In this document: piece after piece, positions 8,737-16,664 of the stretch | Position numbering within the stretch: the first letter of the stretch is position 1 | How the letters are laid out: each line of letters begins with the position of its first letter | Source of the DNA: Schwartzia sp. (in: firmicutes) | GTDB lineage: Bacteria > Bacillota > Negativicutes > Selenomonadales > Selenomonadaceae | NCBI GenBank assembly: GCA_017458745.1 | Contig: JAFTAB010000135.1 | Location: forward strand, 1 to 44,027 | Direction: 5' to 3' | Length of the DNA: 44,027 nt | Notes under the pieces: generated by a model | Seen by the model: only the letters and a program-made list of their open reading frames with translations | Database searches by the model: none | What the model was told of the DNA's origin: nothing | Made by a program: the position numbers and the translations under genes

Positions 8737-8948
8737 GTTGCTAGTGTGTTGTCGCAATCACATTTGAATAAAAATACAGGATATGCTGTAAAATGCACAT
8801 TGAGAGGAATGCAGGCGAAGCAGGGCTACGTCAAGCGACGATGGATGTGCAGATGACAGCAGAGCCGAAGCGGTTTATTGAAATGTCGATTAGACAGCGC
8901 GCTAGGTATTTTTTGGTAATACCATGACACAATATGGGGGTATTATAA
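8737..8948 (+). promoter_or_regulatory. long structured 5' leader of prs, class unassigned
   Basis: About 205 nt lie between the candidate promoter and the ATG. A nested helix domain spans 8785-8860 (GCTGT/ACAGC, TGCACAT/ATGTGCA, inner hairpins). Alternative pairings of TAATACC (8917-8923) include one with sequence overlapping the SD. Confidence 0.4.
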
Positions 8949-9893
8949 ATGGCGGATATGAAAGACCTTTGCGTCCTTTCGGGCAGCGCTAATCCGAAAT
9001 TGGCAGAGGACATAGCGAGTCGCATTGGGGTGAAGCTTTGCAATGCGCTGGTGAGCAGATTCAACAATGGCGAGACTCAGGTCATGATCGGTGAGAGCGT
9101 GAGGGGCAGGGATATTTTTATCATCCAGCCGACTTCTCATCCCGTCAATGACAATCTAATGGAGCTTTTGATAATGGTCGATGCCTGCAAGAGGGCTTCG
9201 GCTCAAAGCATCACGGCTGTAGTCCCGTATTATGCTTATGCGCGTCAGGACAGGAAAACACGGGGGCGCGAGCCAATCTCCGCGAAGCTGGTTGCAAATC
9301 TCATGAGCACGGCTGGCGTCGATAGAGTCATCACTGTGGATCTCCATGCAGGTCAGATACAGGGATTTTTTGATATCCCGGTTGACCATCTTACTGCTGT
9401 GCCGGTACTTGCCAAGAATATTAAAAAGATGGGGCTGGAGAATATCGTCGTGGTCTCCCCGGATCTCGGCGGAGTCACGCGCACGCGGGAACTGGCCGAC
9501 AGGCTGCATACCTCGATTGCCATCATAGAAAAGCGTCGCCCTGAGCCCGGAAAGTCGGAGGTCATGAACCTCATAGGTGACGTGGAGGGCAAGACGTGCG
9601 TCATGGTCGACGATATAGTGGACACAGCCGGCTCTCTTTGCGAGGGAGCAAAAGCACTGGCAAAGCGCGGAGCGAAGGCCGTCTTTGCTTGCTGCTCGCA
9701 CGCGATACTTTCCGAGCCGGCAGTAAAGAGAATAAATGAGTCTAATATTGAAAAACTGATAGTGACTGACACAATTCCACTGGCGCCTGAGAAACAGTCG
9801 GACAAGATAGTCGTTTGCTCTTTGGCGGATGTCATTGGTGATGTAATCGTCCGTATTCAGTCGCATCGTTCAGTAAGTCAGCTTTTTTGTTGA
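8949..9893 (+). CDS. prs: ribose-phosphate pyrophosphokinase (PRPP synthetase)
   Basis: The 314-aa product has LSGSANPKLAEDIA, YYAYARQDRK, VTVDLHAGQIQGFF and VMVDDIVDTAGS motifs. Confidence 0.97.
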   Translation: MADMKDLCVLSGSANPKLAEDIASRIGVKLCNALVSRFNNGETQVMIGESVRGRDIFIIQPTSHPVNDNLMELLIMVDACKRASAQSITAVVPYYAYARQDRKTRGREPISAKLVANLMSTAGVDRVITVDLHAGQIQGFFDIPVDHLTAVPVLAKNIKKMGLENIVVVSPDLGGVTRTRELADRLHTSIAIIEKRRPEPGKSEVMNLIGDVEGKTCVMVDDIVDTAGSLCEGAKALAKRGAKAVFACCSHAILSEPAVKRINESNIEKLIVTDTIPLAPEKQSDKIVVCSLADVIGDVIVRIQSHRSVSQLFC

Positions 9894-9915
9894 TTTTTAT
9901 GATGTTGCAATAAAA

Positions 9916-9945
9916 ATACCGTCGGGATATTCCGACGGTATTTTT
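9916..9945 (+). terminator. intrinsic terminator after prs
   Basis: ATACCGTCGG (9916-9925) pairs with CCGACGGTAT (9932-9941) around a 6-nt loop, followed by T5. Confidence 0.88.
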
Positions 9946-9956
9946 GGGTTTTACTG

Positions 9957-10697
9957 GTGATGATATTGATAAAAAATTTTTGTGTTGTTTTATTTGCATT
10001 GTTTTTATTATTTTCATCGGGATTTTTAGACTCGCCGTGGGCTGACGCGAGACGTCACGGCGCGGCTAACACGAAAGACAGGACGACGGAGCGCACCAGA
10101 ATGCGCACGGCGTGGCCGAGACCCCCGCAGCCTAAAAAGCCCGAGGAGTTCAACGGATGGAGCGGAGGCCTTCAGCCCTATGTGCCCGGCAGGGACAGAG
10201 TGCCGGTCGAGGAGTGCGAAATTGAGGAGACGGATTTCTTCTTCGCGGGGATGCTTTTTGTCAGGCCGACTACCGAGGTCATAGTCATACATCACGTCGG
10301 AGTGCCGGATGGCGATACCTCGGCGGAGCGGATACACTCCGCGCATATTTATAATGACTGGGCCGGCATCGGCTATCATTATGTCATAAGGCAGGATGGC
10401 ACGATTCAGAGAGGAAGGCCATTGATTACTGTCGGCGCTCACTCTTATATGCACAATATTTATTCAGTTGGCATTTGCCTGTCGGGAAATTTTGAGGTCG
10501 AGATGCCGACCGATGCCCAGATAGAGTCCCTCATCGAGCTTTTGTCATCACTTTGCAGGATATACAGCATTGCGCCGAGCGATCATACGATTGTCGGCCA
10601 TCTTGACATGAACCGTGACACGGGATGTCCCGGATATAACCTGTATATGGAGCTTCCCTATGTGATTGACGAGGTAAAAAATCGAAGAAATAATTAG
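9957..10697 (+). CDS. secreted N-acetylmuramoyl-L-alanine amidase (Amidase_2/PGRP fold)
   Basis: It has a signal peptide MMILIKNFCVVLFALFLLFSSGFLDSPWADA, an R/P-rich linker, then VIHHVG...GIGYHYVI...GAHSY..N..SVGICLSGNF...IVGH...CPG. The start is uncertain among GTG 9957, ATG 9960 and TTG 9966, and the RBS is weak. Confidence 0.8.
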   Translation: MMILIKNFCVVLFALFLLFSSGFLDSPWADARRHGAANTKDRTTERTRMRTAWPRPPQPKKPEEFNGWSGGLQPYVPGRDRVPVEECEIEETDFFFAGMLFVRPTTEVIVIHHVGVPDGDTSAERIHSAHIYNDWAGIGYHYVIRQDGTIQRGRPLITVGAHSYMHNIYSVGICLSGNFEVEMPTDAQIESLIELLSSLCRIYSIAPSDHTIVGHLDMNRDTGCPGYNLYMELPYVIDEVKNRRNN

Positions 10698-10746
10698 GAG
10701 CTGTTCATTCAAATACGATAAGACAGCGAATTAGATTAATGGCTTG

Positions 10747-11535
10747 TCAATGAGCGAGAAAAAGCGGCTCAATTTTTGCCGCCTCGGCTGTTTTTTCATC
10801 AATATAGCCATTTTTTACCATTGCATCCAGCACGACGAATTGCCGCTTTTTTGCCATGATGAAATCCTCGTATGGCGAGTATATCGACGGCGCGTTCGGG
10901 ATGCCTGCGAGCATGGCGGCCTCCGGCAGATTGAGAGACTGCGGGTCTTTGCCGAAATACCCATGCGCCGCGTCATATATGCCGTAATATCCTGAGCCGA
11001 AATAAATCGTGTTCAGATAGAGCGATAAAATCTCATTTTTTGAATATCTGGCTTCAAAGTCGATTGCCAATACCAGTTCATCGACCTTGCGGGAGAATGT
11101 TTGCTCCGGCGAGAGAAATAGATTTTTGACAAGCTGCTGCGTGATAGTGCTGGCGCCCTGCGTCACTTCCCCTTGCTGGAGGTTTATGAGCGCGGCCCTT
11201 ATGATTGCCTCCATGTCAAAGCCGGGATGCCGATAAAATCGCGAGTCCTCCACTGATATTACAGCCTCGCTCAATCTGTTCGGAAGCTCTCCCACGGGAA
11301 CAAAATGCACCGATGTCACGCGCTCGTTTACCGCGTCGGGCAGAAATATAAATCTTTTTATGCGTTCCATTGCGCTGTCGCTTTCGGCAGGCTCGTTTTT
11401 CGCGTCCGGCAGCCTTACCGAGTCCATCATGCGGGCGAATGTCTCCGGGCGCAGTGCGTCCTTTCCGCCCGCAGCGATGAAGCCCATAAAAAAAATGAGA
11501 ACGAGCGCAATGAATATGCGAAGTATTCGCTTCAT
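10747..11535 (-). CDS. mtgA: monofunctional peptidoglycan glycosyltransferase (GT51)
   Basis: It has an N-terminal membrane anchor and the GT51 motifs VEDSRFYRHPGFD, GASTITQQLVKN, RKVDELVLAIDFE and KNEILSLYLNTIYFG, with no transpeptidase domain. The RBS is AGAGGA. Confidence 0.85.
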   Translation of the reverse strand: MKRILRIFIALVLIFFMGFIAAGGKDALRPETFARMMDSVRLPDAKNEPAESDSAMERIKRFIFLPDAVNERVTSVHFVPVGELPNRLSEAVISVEDSRFYRHPGFDMEAIIRAALINLQQGEVTQGASTITQQLVKNLFLSPEQTFSRKVDELVLAIDFEARYSKNEILSLYLNTIYFGSGYYGIYDAAHGYFGKDPQSLNLPEAAMLAGIPNAPSIYSPYEDFIMAKKRQFVVLDAMVKNGYIDEKTAEAAKIEPLFLAH

Positions 11536-11556
11536 AAGATTATCCTCTATTAGTGT

Positions 11557-11613
11557 TTATACGATGTTAACGGGTGCTAAAACTCCCGCTGAATAAGTCT
11601 CATTTTATGAATG
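11557..11613. repeat. dispersed intergenic repeat family 2, copy R1 (short form)
   Basis: TTATACGATGTTAACGGGTGCTAAAACTCCCGCTGAATAAGTCTCATTTTATGAATG aligns to both flanks of the copy at 43681-43822. It contains the core AGTCTCATTTT (11596-11606). Confidence 0.75.
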
Positions 11614-11622
11614 TCAAGGAAC

Positions 11623-11650
11623 ATTATATCAAATAGTGATGCCTTGATAA
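11623..11650 (-). promoter_or_regulatory. candidate promoter for mtgA
   Basis: On the minus strand: TTATCA (11650-11645), 16-nt spacer, TGaTATAAT with TATAAT at 11628-11623. Confidence 0.55.
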
Positions 11651-11672
11651 AGTGGCGGGCGTGACATATAAT
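11644..11672 (+). promoter_or_regulatory. candidate promoter for mutS2
   Basis: TTGATA (11644-11649), 17-nt spacer, TATAAT (11667-11672). Its -35 overlaps the -35 of the divergent mtgA promoter. Confidence 0.55.
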
Positions 11673-11740
11673 TCAACTATAAGAATATGGCTGTATTCTA
11701 AAACAGTATTGCTGTATATGCAGGGGCGCGTACTCGCGCC

Positions 11741-11768
11741 AATTCGATTAGTCTCATTTTTCATACAG
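11741..11768. repeat. repeat family 2, partial copy R3
   Basis: AATTCGATTAGTCTCATTTTTCATACAG carries the core AGTCTCATTTT (11750-11760). ATTTTTCATACAG is shared with the reverse complement of 18682-18694. It is preceded by the hairpin GGCGCG-tact-CGCGCC. Confidence 0.55.
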
Positions 11769-11819
11769 AGCAATATTATTCTTAAATGAAAAGTTTTTAC
11801 TTAAAATCGGAGGTCGGCG

Positions 11820-14189
11820 ATGAATCAAGAGGCTTTGAACGTGCTCGAATATAATAATGTCAAGGATATGCTCGGAAATGAAGCGTCGACTAAAGTGGGG
11901 CGTGAGCTGATAGATTCTCTTATGCCATATGACAATGTTTCCGATGCTTATCGCGCCCTTTCGGAGACTGACGAGGCGGCGCGCATAATCATTTCGGCGA
12001 CGCCGCCATTCGGCGGGGCGATGGATATTCGCCCGTCGCTGCGAAAGGCAAATATCGGAATGATTCTCGATTTGGACGAGCTGGCGGCTGTCATGAGCAC
12101 GTTTTACGCCCTGCGTGAGCTAAAAAAGTTTTTCAAGGAACTGGAGATTGAGGCCCCCATATTAAAATCATGGGCGCATAATATTGAGATTCTTGGAGAA
12201 CTGGAGCGGGATTTAAATAATGCCATCGACGAGCACGGCGCCCTGCGAGATGACGCGACGGTCGAGCTTTCGCGTCTGAGGCGTGAGATTAAGGTATCGC
12301 AGAGGCGGATAAAGGAGTCCCTGTCCCATGTGCTCCATTCCGCTGAAAATCAAAAATATTTTCAGGAATCAATAGTGACTATGCGTGAAAATCGCTATGT
12401 CATTCCGGTCAAAGCGGAGTACCGCTCAAAGATTCCCGGCATCGTTCACGACCAGTCGTCGACCGGGGCGACGGTGTTTATCGAGCCGATGGCTGTCGTC
12501 GAGCTGAATAATGACATAAAGACACTTGAACTCAAAGAGGAGCAGGAGATTGCTCGCATAATGCAGAGGCTCACGGCGTCAATCGTCAAGAGCAGCGATG
12601 CCATCTCATCCAATATGGATATACTTTCTAAAATTGATTTCACAGTCGCCAAGGCCAAACTTGCGTATGAGATGCATGCCTCAAGGCCGATTGTGAATGA
12701 CGATGGCCTGACGATGCTCAAAAACGCGCGTCATCCCCTGATTCCCGTCGAAAAGGTTGTGCCAATAAATATCACCCTAGGAAAAGATTATCGCATGATG
12801 CTCATAACGGGACCCAACACCGGAGGAAAGACGGTGAGCATGAAGACGCTCGGCCTTGTCTCGCTTATGGCCGCGTCGGGGCTTTTCATACCTGCCGACA
12901 GCGATTCGAGCGTTGCGATATATAAAGAGCTATATGTCGATATCGGCGATGAGCAGAGCATAGAGCAAAGCCTATCGACTTTTTCGGCGCACATGAAAAG
13001 GATTGTCTCCATATTGTCGAGCGTCACAAGCGGTGATTTGGTGCTGCTCGATGAGATAGGAGCGGGCACCGACCCCGAGGAGGGAGCCGCGCTTGCGATG
13101 GCGATACTGGAGCGGCTGCATAATATGCGGGTTTCTACGGTAGTCACTACGCATTACTCGGAGCTGAAGACATTCGCCTATGAGCGTGACGGCATAGAAA
13201 ATGCCTGCGTGGAATTTGACGTTGAGACATTGAGGCCGACGTACCGTCTTCTCACAGGTATTCCGGGCGCGAGCAACGCTTTTGCCATCAGCAGCAGGCT
13301 CGGGCTGGGCGACGATATGATTGAGCGGGCGAGAGAGCTTATAGCTGCTGACCATGCAAAATTCGAGACGATAGTGAATGGCCTCGAAAGAGAAAAATCA
13401 TCATACGAAAAGATGAATGACGAGCTCCTTTTGAAAAAAAGGGAAATCGACGAGCTGGAGCAGAAACTTCAAAAAGCGAGGGAGGAACTGTCGAGGCGCA
13501 AGCACGAGATTATAGAGAATGCAAAAAGAGACGGCGCGGAAATCGTGAGAAGGGCGCGGCGCGAATCCGAGGGAATCATCCGCGAGCTAAAGGAGCAATT
13601 TAATGACAAGGGAATAAAGAAACGTCAGGAGGCTATCAGGGATTCACGCGCCAGATTGTCCGACCTCGCGGGAGGGGTACGCCCAAGGCTCGGCGGCGAC
13701 GGGGAGGAACATGGCGAGCTGATTGACCTTGAAAAACTCGGGACTGGTGACACGGTTTATGTCATATCGCTGGGGCAGAAGGGCAAGGTGGAAGCAATAG
13801 AAGGAAAAAGCATCGTCGTCGATTTTGGCGCAATGCGTACCAGTGTCAAAGCCGATAATTGCAGGTTCGTCGCGAAAAAAAGCAAAAGCGCGGACTCAAT
13901 GCAGGGCAAGGCGACAGGCACGCTCCTGAACAAGATGAAAAATGTCCGGCGCGAGGCCGATATTCGCGGCATGATGGTCGACGAGGGAGAGAGCGTCGTT
14001 GCGAAATTTATTGATGATGCGATACTGGCGGGGCTGAAAGAAGTCCTCGTCATACATGGCAAGGGAACGGGCGCATTAAGGCGCGGCATACACGATTACC
14101 TGAGGCGCGATAAAAATGTCCGTGATTTCAGGTTCGCGGACATTGATGAGGGCGGCACGGGGGCGACGCTAGTGACGCTGAAAAAATGA
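11820..14189 (+). CDS. mutS2: endonuclease MutS2 (MutS domain plus C-terminal Smr)
   Basis: The RBS is GGAGG. The 789-aa product has Walker A GPNTGGKTV, a coiled-coil segment, and a C-terminal Smr domain (DIRGMMVDEG...VIHGKGTGALR). Confidence 0.95.
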   Translation: MNQEALNVLEYNNVKDMLGNEASTKVGRELIDSLMPYDNVSDAYRALSETDEAARIIISATPPFGGAMDIRPSLRKANIGMILDLDELAAVMSTFYALRELKKFFKELEIEAPILKSWAHNIEILGELERDLNNAIDEHGALRDDATVELSRLRREIKVSQRRIKESLSHVLHSAENQKYFQESIVTMRENRYVIPVKAEYRSKIPGIVHDQSSTGATVFIEPMAVVELNNDIKTLELKEEQEIARIMQRLTASIVKSSDAISSNMDILSKIDFTVAKAKLAYEMHASRPIVNDDGLTMLKNARHPLIPVEKVVPINITLGKDYRMMLITGPNTGGKTVSMKTLGLVSLMAASGLFIPADSDSSVAIYKELYVDIGDEQSIEQSLSTFSAHMKRIVSILSSVTSGDLVLLDEIGAGTDPEEGAALAMAILERLHNMRVSTVVTTHYSELKTFAYERDGIENACVEFDVETLRPTYRLLTGIPGASNAFAISSRLGLGDDMIERARELIAADHAKFETIVNGLEREKSSYEKMNDELLLKKREIDELEQKLQKAREELSRRKHEIIENAKRDGAEIVRRARRESEGIIRELKEQFNDKGIKKRQEAIRDSRARLSDLAGGVRPRLGGDGEEHGELIDLEKLGTGDTVYVISLGQKGKVEAIEGKSIVVDFGAMRTSVKADNCRFVAKKSKSADSMQGKATGTLLNKMKNVRREADIRGMMVDEGESVVAKFIDDAILAGLKEVLVIHGKGTGALRRGIHDYLRRDKNVRDFRFADIDEGGTGATLVTLKK

Positions 14190-14233
14190 AATATGTCCTC
14201 GTTTTCTTTTTCAATGCAATACTCTTTTGTTTG

Positions 14234-14242
14234 TGGTAAAAT
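14234..14242 (+). promoter_or_regulatory. possible extended -10 element upstream of the PBP gene
   Basis: TGgTAAAAT at 14234-14242. There is no good -35 and no terminator after mutS2, so read-through is equally possible. Confidence 0.3.
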
Positions 14243-14284
14243 AATCAAGTTATCTTTTTGTTCGACGAAGGAGATTATCATTAT

Positions 14285-16543
14285 ATGGAAAGCAACAAAC
14301 GAGCTAGCTCAAGCGGCAACGGCACGCGCAGAAAACAGCCGACGCATCACAAGCCGAAGCAGAAAAGCAGTCATTGGGGAAGAATTTTTTTGGGATTTTT
14401 CATCGTCCTGCTGGTGATGCTTACTGGGATTGGCTGCGGATTTCTTACCGCCAGCATGAATACCAAGCCGAATCTGACGGATGACATACGGCCGCCCGCA
14501 TCGTCACAGATATATGATGTGAATGGCAACGAGATTGCAAATGTTCATGCCGCCGAGAATCGTATGCCGGTGAAGCTCTCCCAAGTCCCTAAAAATCTAC
14601 AGAATGCTTTTATCGCGGTCGAGGACGCACGGTTTTATGAGCACGCGGGAATCGACCCGCGAGGGATTCTGCGAGCGATTTTCGCAAATTTATCGGATAA
14701 AGGCATAGCGGAGGGCGGCTCTACTATCACTCAGCAGCTTGCGAAGAATGCGTATCTCACGCAGGAGCGCACAATGAAGCGCAAAGTCCAGGAGATATTC
14801 CTTGCCCTTCAGCTCGAAAAGCAATACACGAAGCAGGAGATACTTGAATTTTATCTCAATCAGATATATTTCGGGCAGGGCGCTTATGGCGTTCAGGCCG
14901 CGGCCAGGACATATTTCGGTAAAAACGTGGAAGATCTTGACCTCAATGAATGTGCCATGCTCGCCGGAATACCGAAGAGCCCTAATTACTATTCTCCCTT
15001 CAATAATCTGAATGCGGCTCAAGAGCGAAAGGCGATCGTGCTTGACCAGATGGCGAAATACCATTATATCTCCGAGGCAGAGGGGGCGAAACTGAGAAAC
15101 GCGGATATAAAGCTGGCAAAGCCCAAAACGGCGGCTGGAGCAAAAGAAGCGTCTTACTTCATTGATTATGTAGTGCAGGCCTTGATAGACAAATATGGCG
15201 CCGATGCAGTATACAAGGAAGGCTTGAAGATTTACACGACGATTGACATGGCCATGCAGAAAGCGGCAGAGAAGGCTCTGATAGGTGACCTTCCTCAGTT
15301 TGGCGAGGATGAGAACGGCATACAGCAGCCGCAAGGCGCGCTGGTGGCCATTGACCCCCATACGGGGCAGATAAAGGCGATGGTTGGAGGAAGGGGAACC
15401 GACCAATTCAACCGTGCGACAATGGCTGAGAGGCAGCCTGGCTCGGCTTTCAAGCCGTTCGTGTTTGTGGCGGCGCTGGAAAATAAATTCATTCCGTCGA
15501 CCATAATCGAGGATAGCCCTATAAAGATTGACGACTGGGAGCCTGAAAATTATAATCGCAATTTTAATGGCAAGGTGACGCTCCGCTATATCACCGAGCA
15601 ATCCCTCAATGTTCCGACGGTAAAGATAGCGCAAAAAATCGGAATAGATAAGCCTATTTATTATGCCCAAGAAATGGGCATAACGACTTTCGTGCTCGAT
15701 GGGCCCACGAATGATCGCAATCTTGCGACGTCGCTCGGGGGACTCACTCGCGGCGTCACGCCGCTGGAGCTGACGAGCGCGTACGGCACATTCGCGAACA
15801 GGGGAGTGCATGTCGAGCCGATAGCTGTGCTCAAGGTGCTTGACCGCAACGGGCAGGTGATTGAGCAGGCGAACCCGAAGCAGAGGAACGTCGTGAGTGA
15901 GGAAAGCGCAGCGATGCTGACCGATATGCTTCAGGGGGTCGTGAGGCGCGGCACAGGCACGGGGGCGAACATCGGCAGACCTGCCGCGGGAAAGACCGGC
16001 ACGACGAGCGATTACCGTGACGCATGGTTTGTGGGATATATTCCGGATCTTGTTGCGGGCGTATGGGTCGGATGCGATGACAATGAGGAGCTTGGCGGCA
16101 TGACGGGAGGCAATCTCCCCGCGACAATCTGGCATGATTTTATGATGGAAGCGGCAAGCGAGATCCCGGTGAAGGAGTTTGAGGGCGCGGCGGGATACAA
16201 GGGCGACGCCATAGAAGAGATGAAGGAGGAAGACAAACAGTCTAATCGTACTAATAGAAGCAACAGAAACGAAAGGACGAATAATTCTCAGAGACAGCAG
16301 AATGCTACGCCGAATGTGAATACGAGCACGAGGACGCGTCCGGACGATGAGGGCACATCAAGAGCGCAGGAGCAGTCTCCCGCGCCTGCTCAGTCTCCCG
16401 CTCCGTCTGCTGTGCAAGTTGAACGTGGCAGTGAGTATTCCGGTGAGCCTGTCCAGCCGAGCGAGCCTGTGCAGCAGAGTACCCCGACCGCGCCGAGCAC
16501 TGCGCCTAGCATGTCGGGACCCGGCGGCAAAGGAAAAAACTAA
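14285..16543 (+). CDS. ponA: class A penicillin-binding protein (GT51 glycosyltransferase plus transpeptidase) with disordered C-terminal tail
   Basis: ATG 14285 lies 10 nt after GAAGGAGA; the ORF-track TTG 14258 overlaps that RBS. It has a TM helix, GT51 motifs (VEDARFYEHAGID, GGSTITQQLAKN), and transpeptidase motifs SAFKPF, SLN and KTGTT. Confidence 0.93.
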   Translation: MESNKRASSSGNGTRRKQPTHHKPKQKSSHWGRIFLGFFIVLLVMLTGIGCGFLTASMNTKPNLTDDIRPPASSQIYDVNGNEIANVHAAENRMPVKLSQVPKNLQNAFIAVEDARFYEHAGIDPRGILRAIFANLSDKGIAEGGSTITQQLAKNAYLTQERTMKRKVQEIFLALQLEKQYTKQEILEFYLNQIYFGQGAYGVQAAARTYFGKNVEDLDLNECAMLAGIPKSPNYYSPFNNLNAAQERKAIVLDQMAKYHYISEAEGAKLRNADIKLAKPKTAAGAKEASYFIDYVVQALIDKYGADAVYKEGLKIYTTIDMAMQKAAEKALIGDLPQFGEDENGIQQPQGALVAIDPHTGQIKAMVGGRGTDQFNRATMAERQPGSAFKPFVFVAALENKFIPSTIIEDSPIKIDDWEPENYNRNFNGKVTLRYITEQSLNVPTVKIAQKIGIDKPIYYAQEMGITTFVLDGPTNDRNLATSLGGLTRGVTPLELTSAYGTFANRGVHVEPIAVLKVLDRNGQVIEQANPKQRNVVSEESAAMLTDMLQGVVRRGTGTGANIGRPAAGKTGTTSDYRDAWFVGYIPDLVAGVWVGCDDNEELGGMTGGNLPATIWHDFMMEAASEIPVKEFEGAAGYKGDAIEEMKEEDKQSNRTNRSNRNERTNNSQRQQNATPNVNTSTRTRPDDEGTSRAQEQSPAPAQSPAPSAVQVERGSEYSGEPVQPSEPVQQSTPTAPSTAPSMSGPGGKGKN

Positions 16544-16664
16544 GGATCTGTTTTCATAAAAGGCCGCCGCGCTGCAAAAGCAGTGAGTGTCTGCCTGTAT
16601 GACATGAATAGAGTCCTCTGCTTCACGAAATCTATTAAAATAACATATCCAAAAAGGAGAGATT

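Noticed and set aside
8794-8812. GAGAGG in the prs leader as a possible PyrR-binding loop.
   Set aside because: Only the GAGAGG core matches. The conserved UCCAGAGAGGYU context is absent (the sequence here is CAUUGAGAGGAAU), and prs is not a known PyrR target.
8641-8856. 71-aa ORF crossing the UPF0158 stop, the prs promoter and part of the prs leader.
   Set aside because: It has a TTG start inside another gene, no RBS and an Arg-rich product. It would run through a consensus -10 box. The region is treated as promoter plus leader.
11761-11766. GTATGA / TCATAC hexamers (11761-11766, 18684-18689, 43813-18) resembling E. coli NikR operator half-sites, noted because a Nik-like transporter is in the window.
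   Set aside because: They are single half-sites at three unrelated loci, none upstream of the ABC operon and none with the N16-spaced inverted partner. They are part of repeat family 2 instead.
11557-11768. Whether the short dispersed repeats could be a degenerate CRISPR array or tRNA fragments.
   Set aside because: The copies are tens of kb apart or irregularly spaced, have no uniform repeat-spacer periodicity, and no cas genes are present. No cloverleaf or T-loop (GGTTCGAATCC-like) sequence is present.
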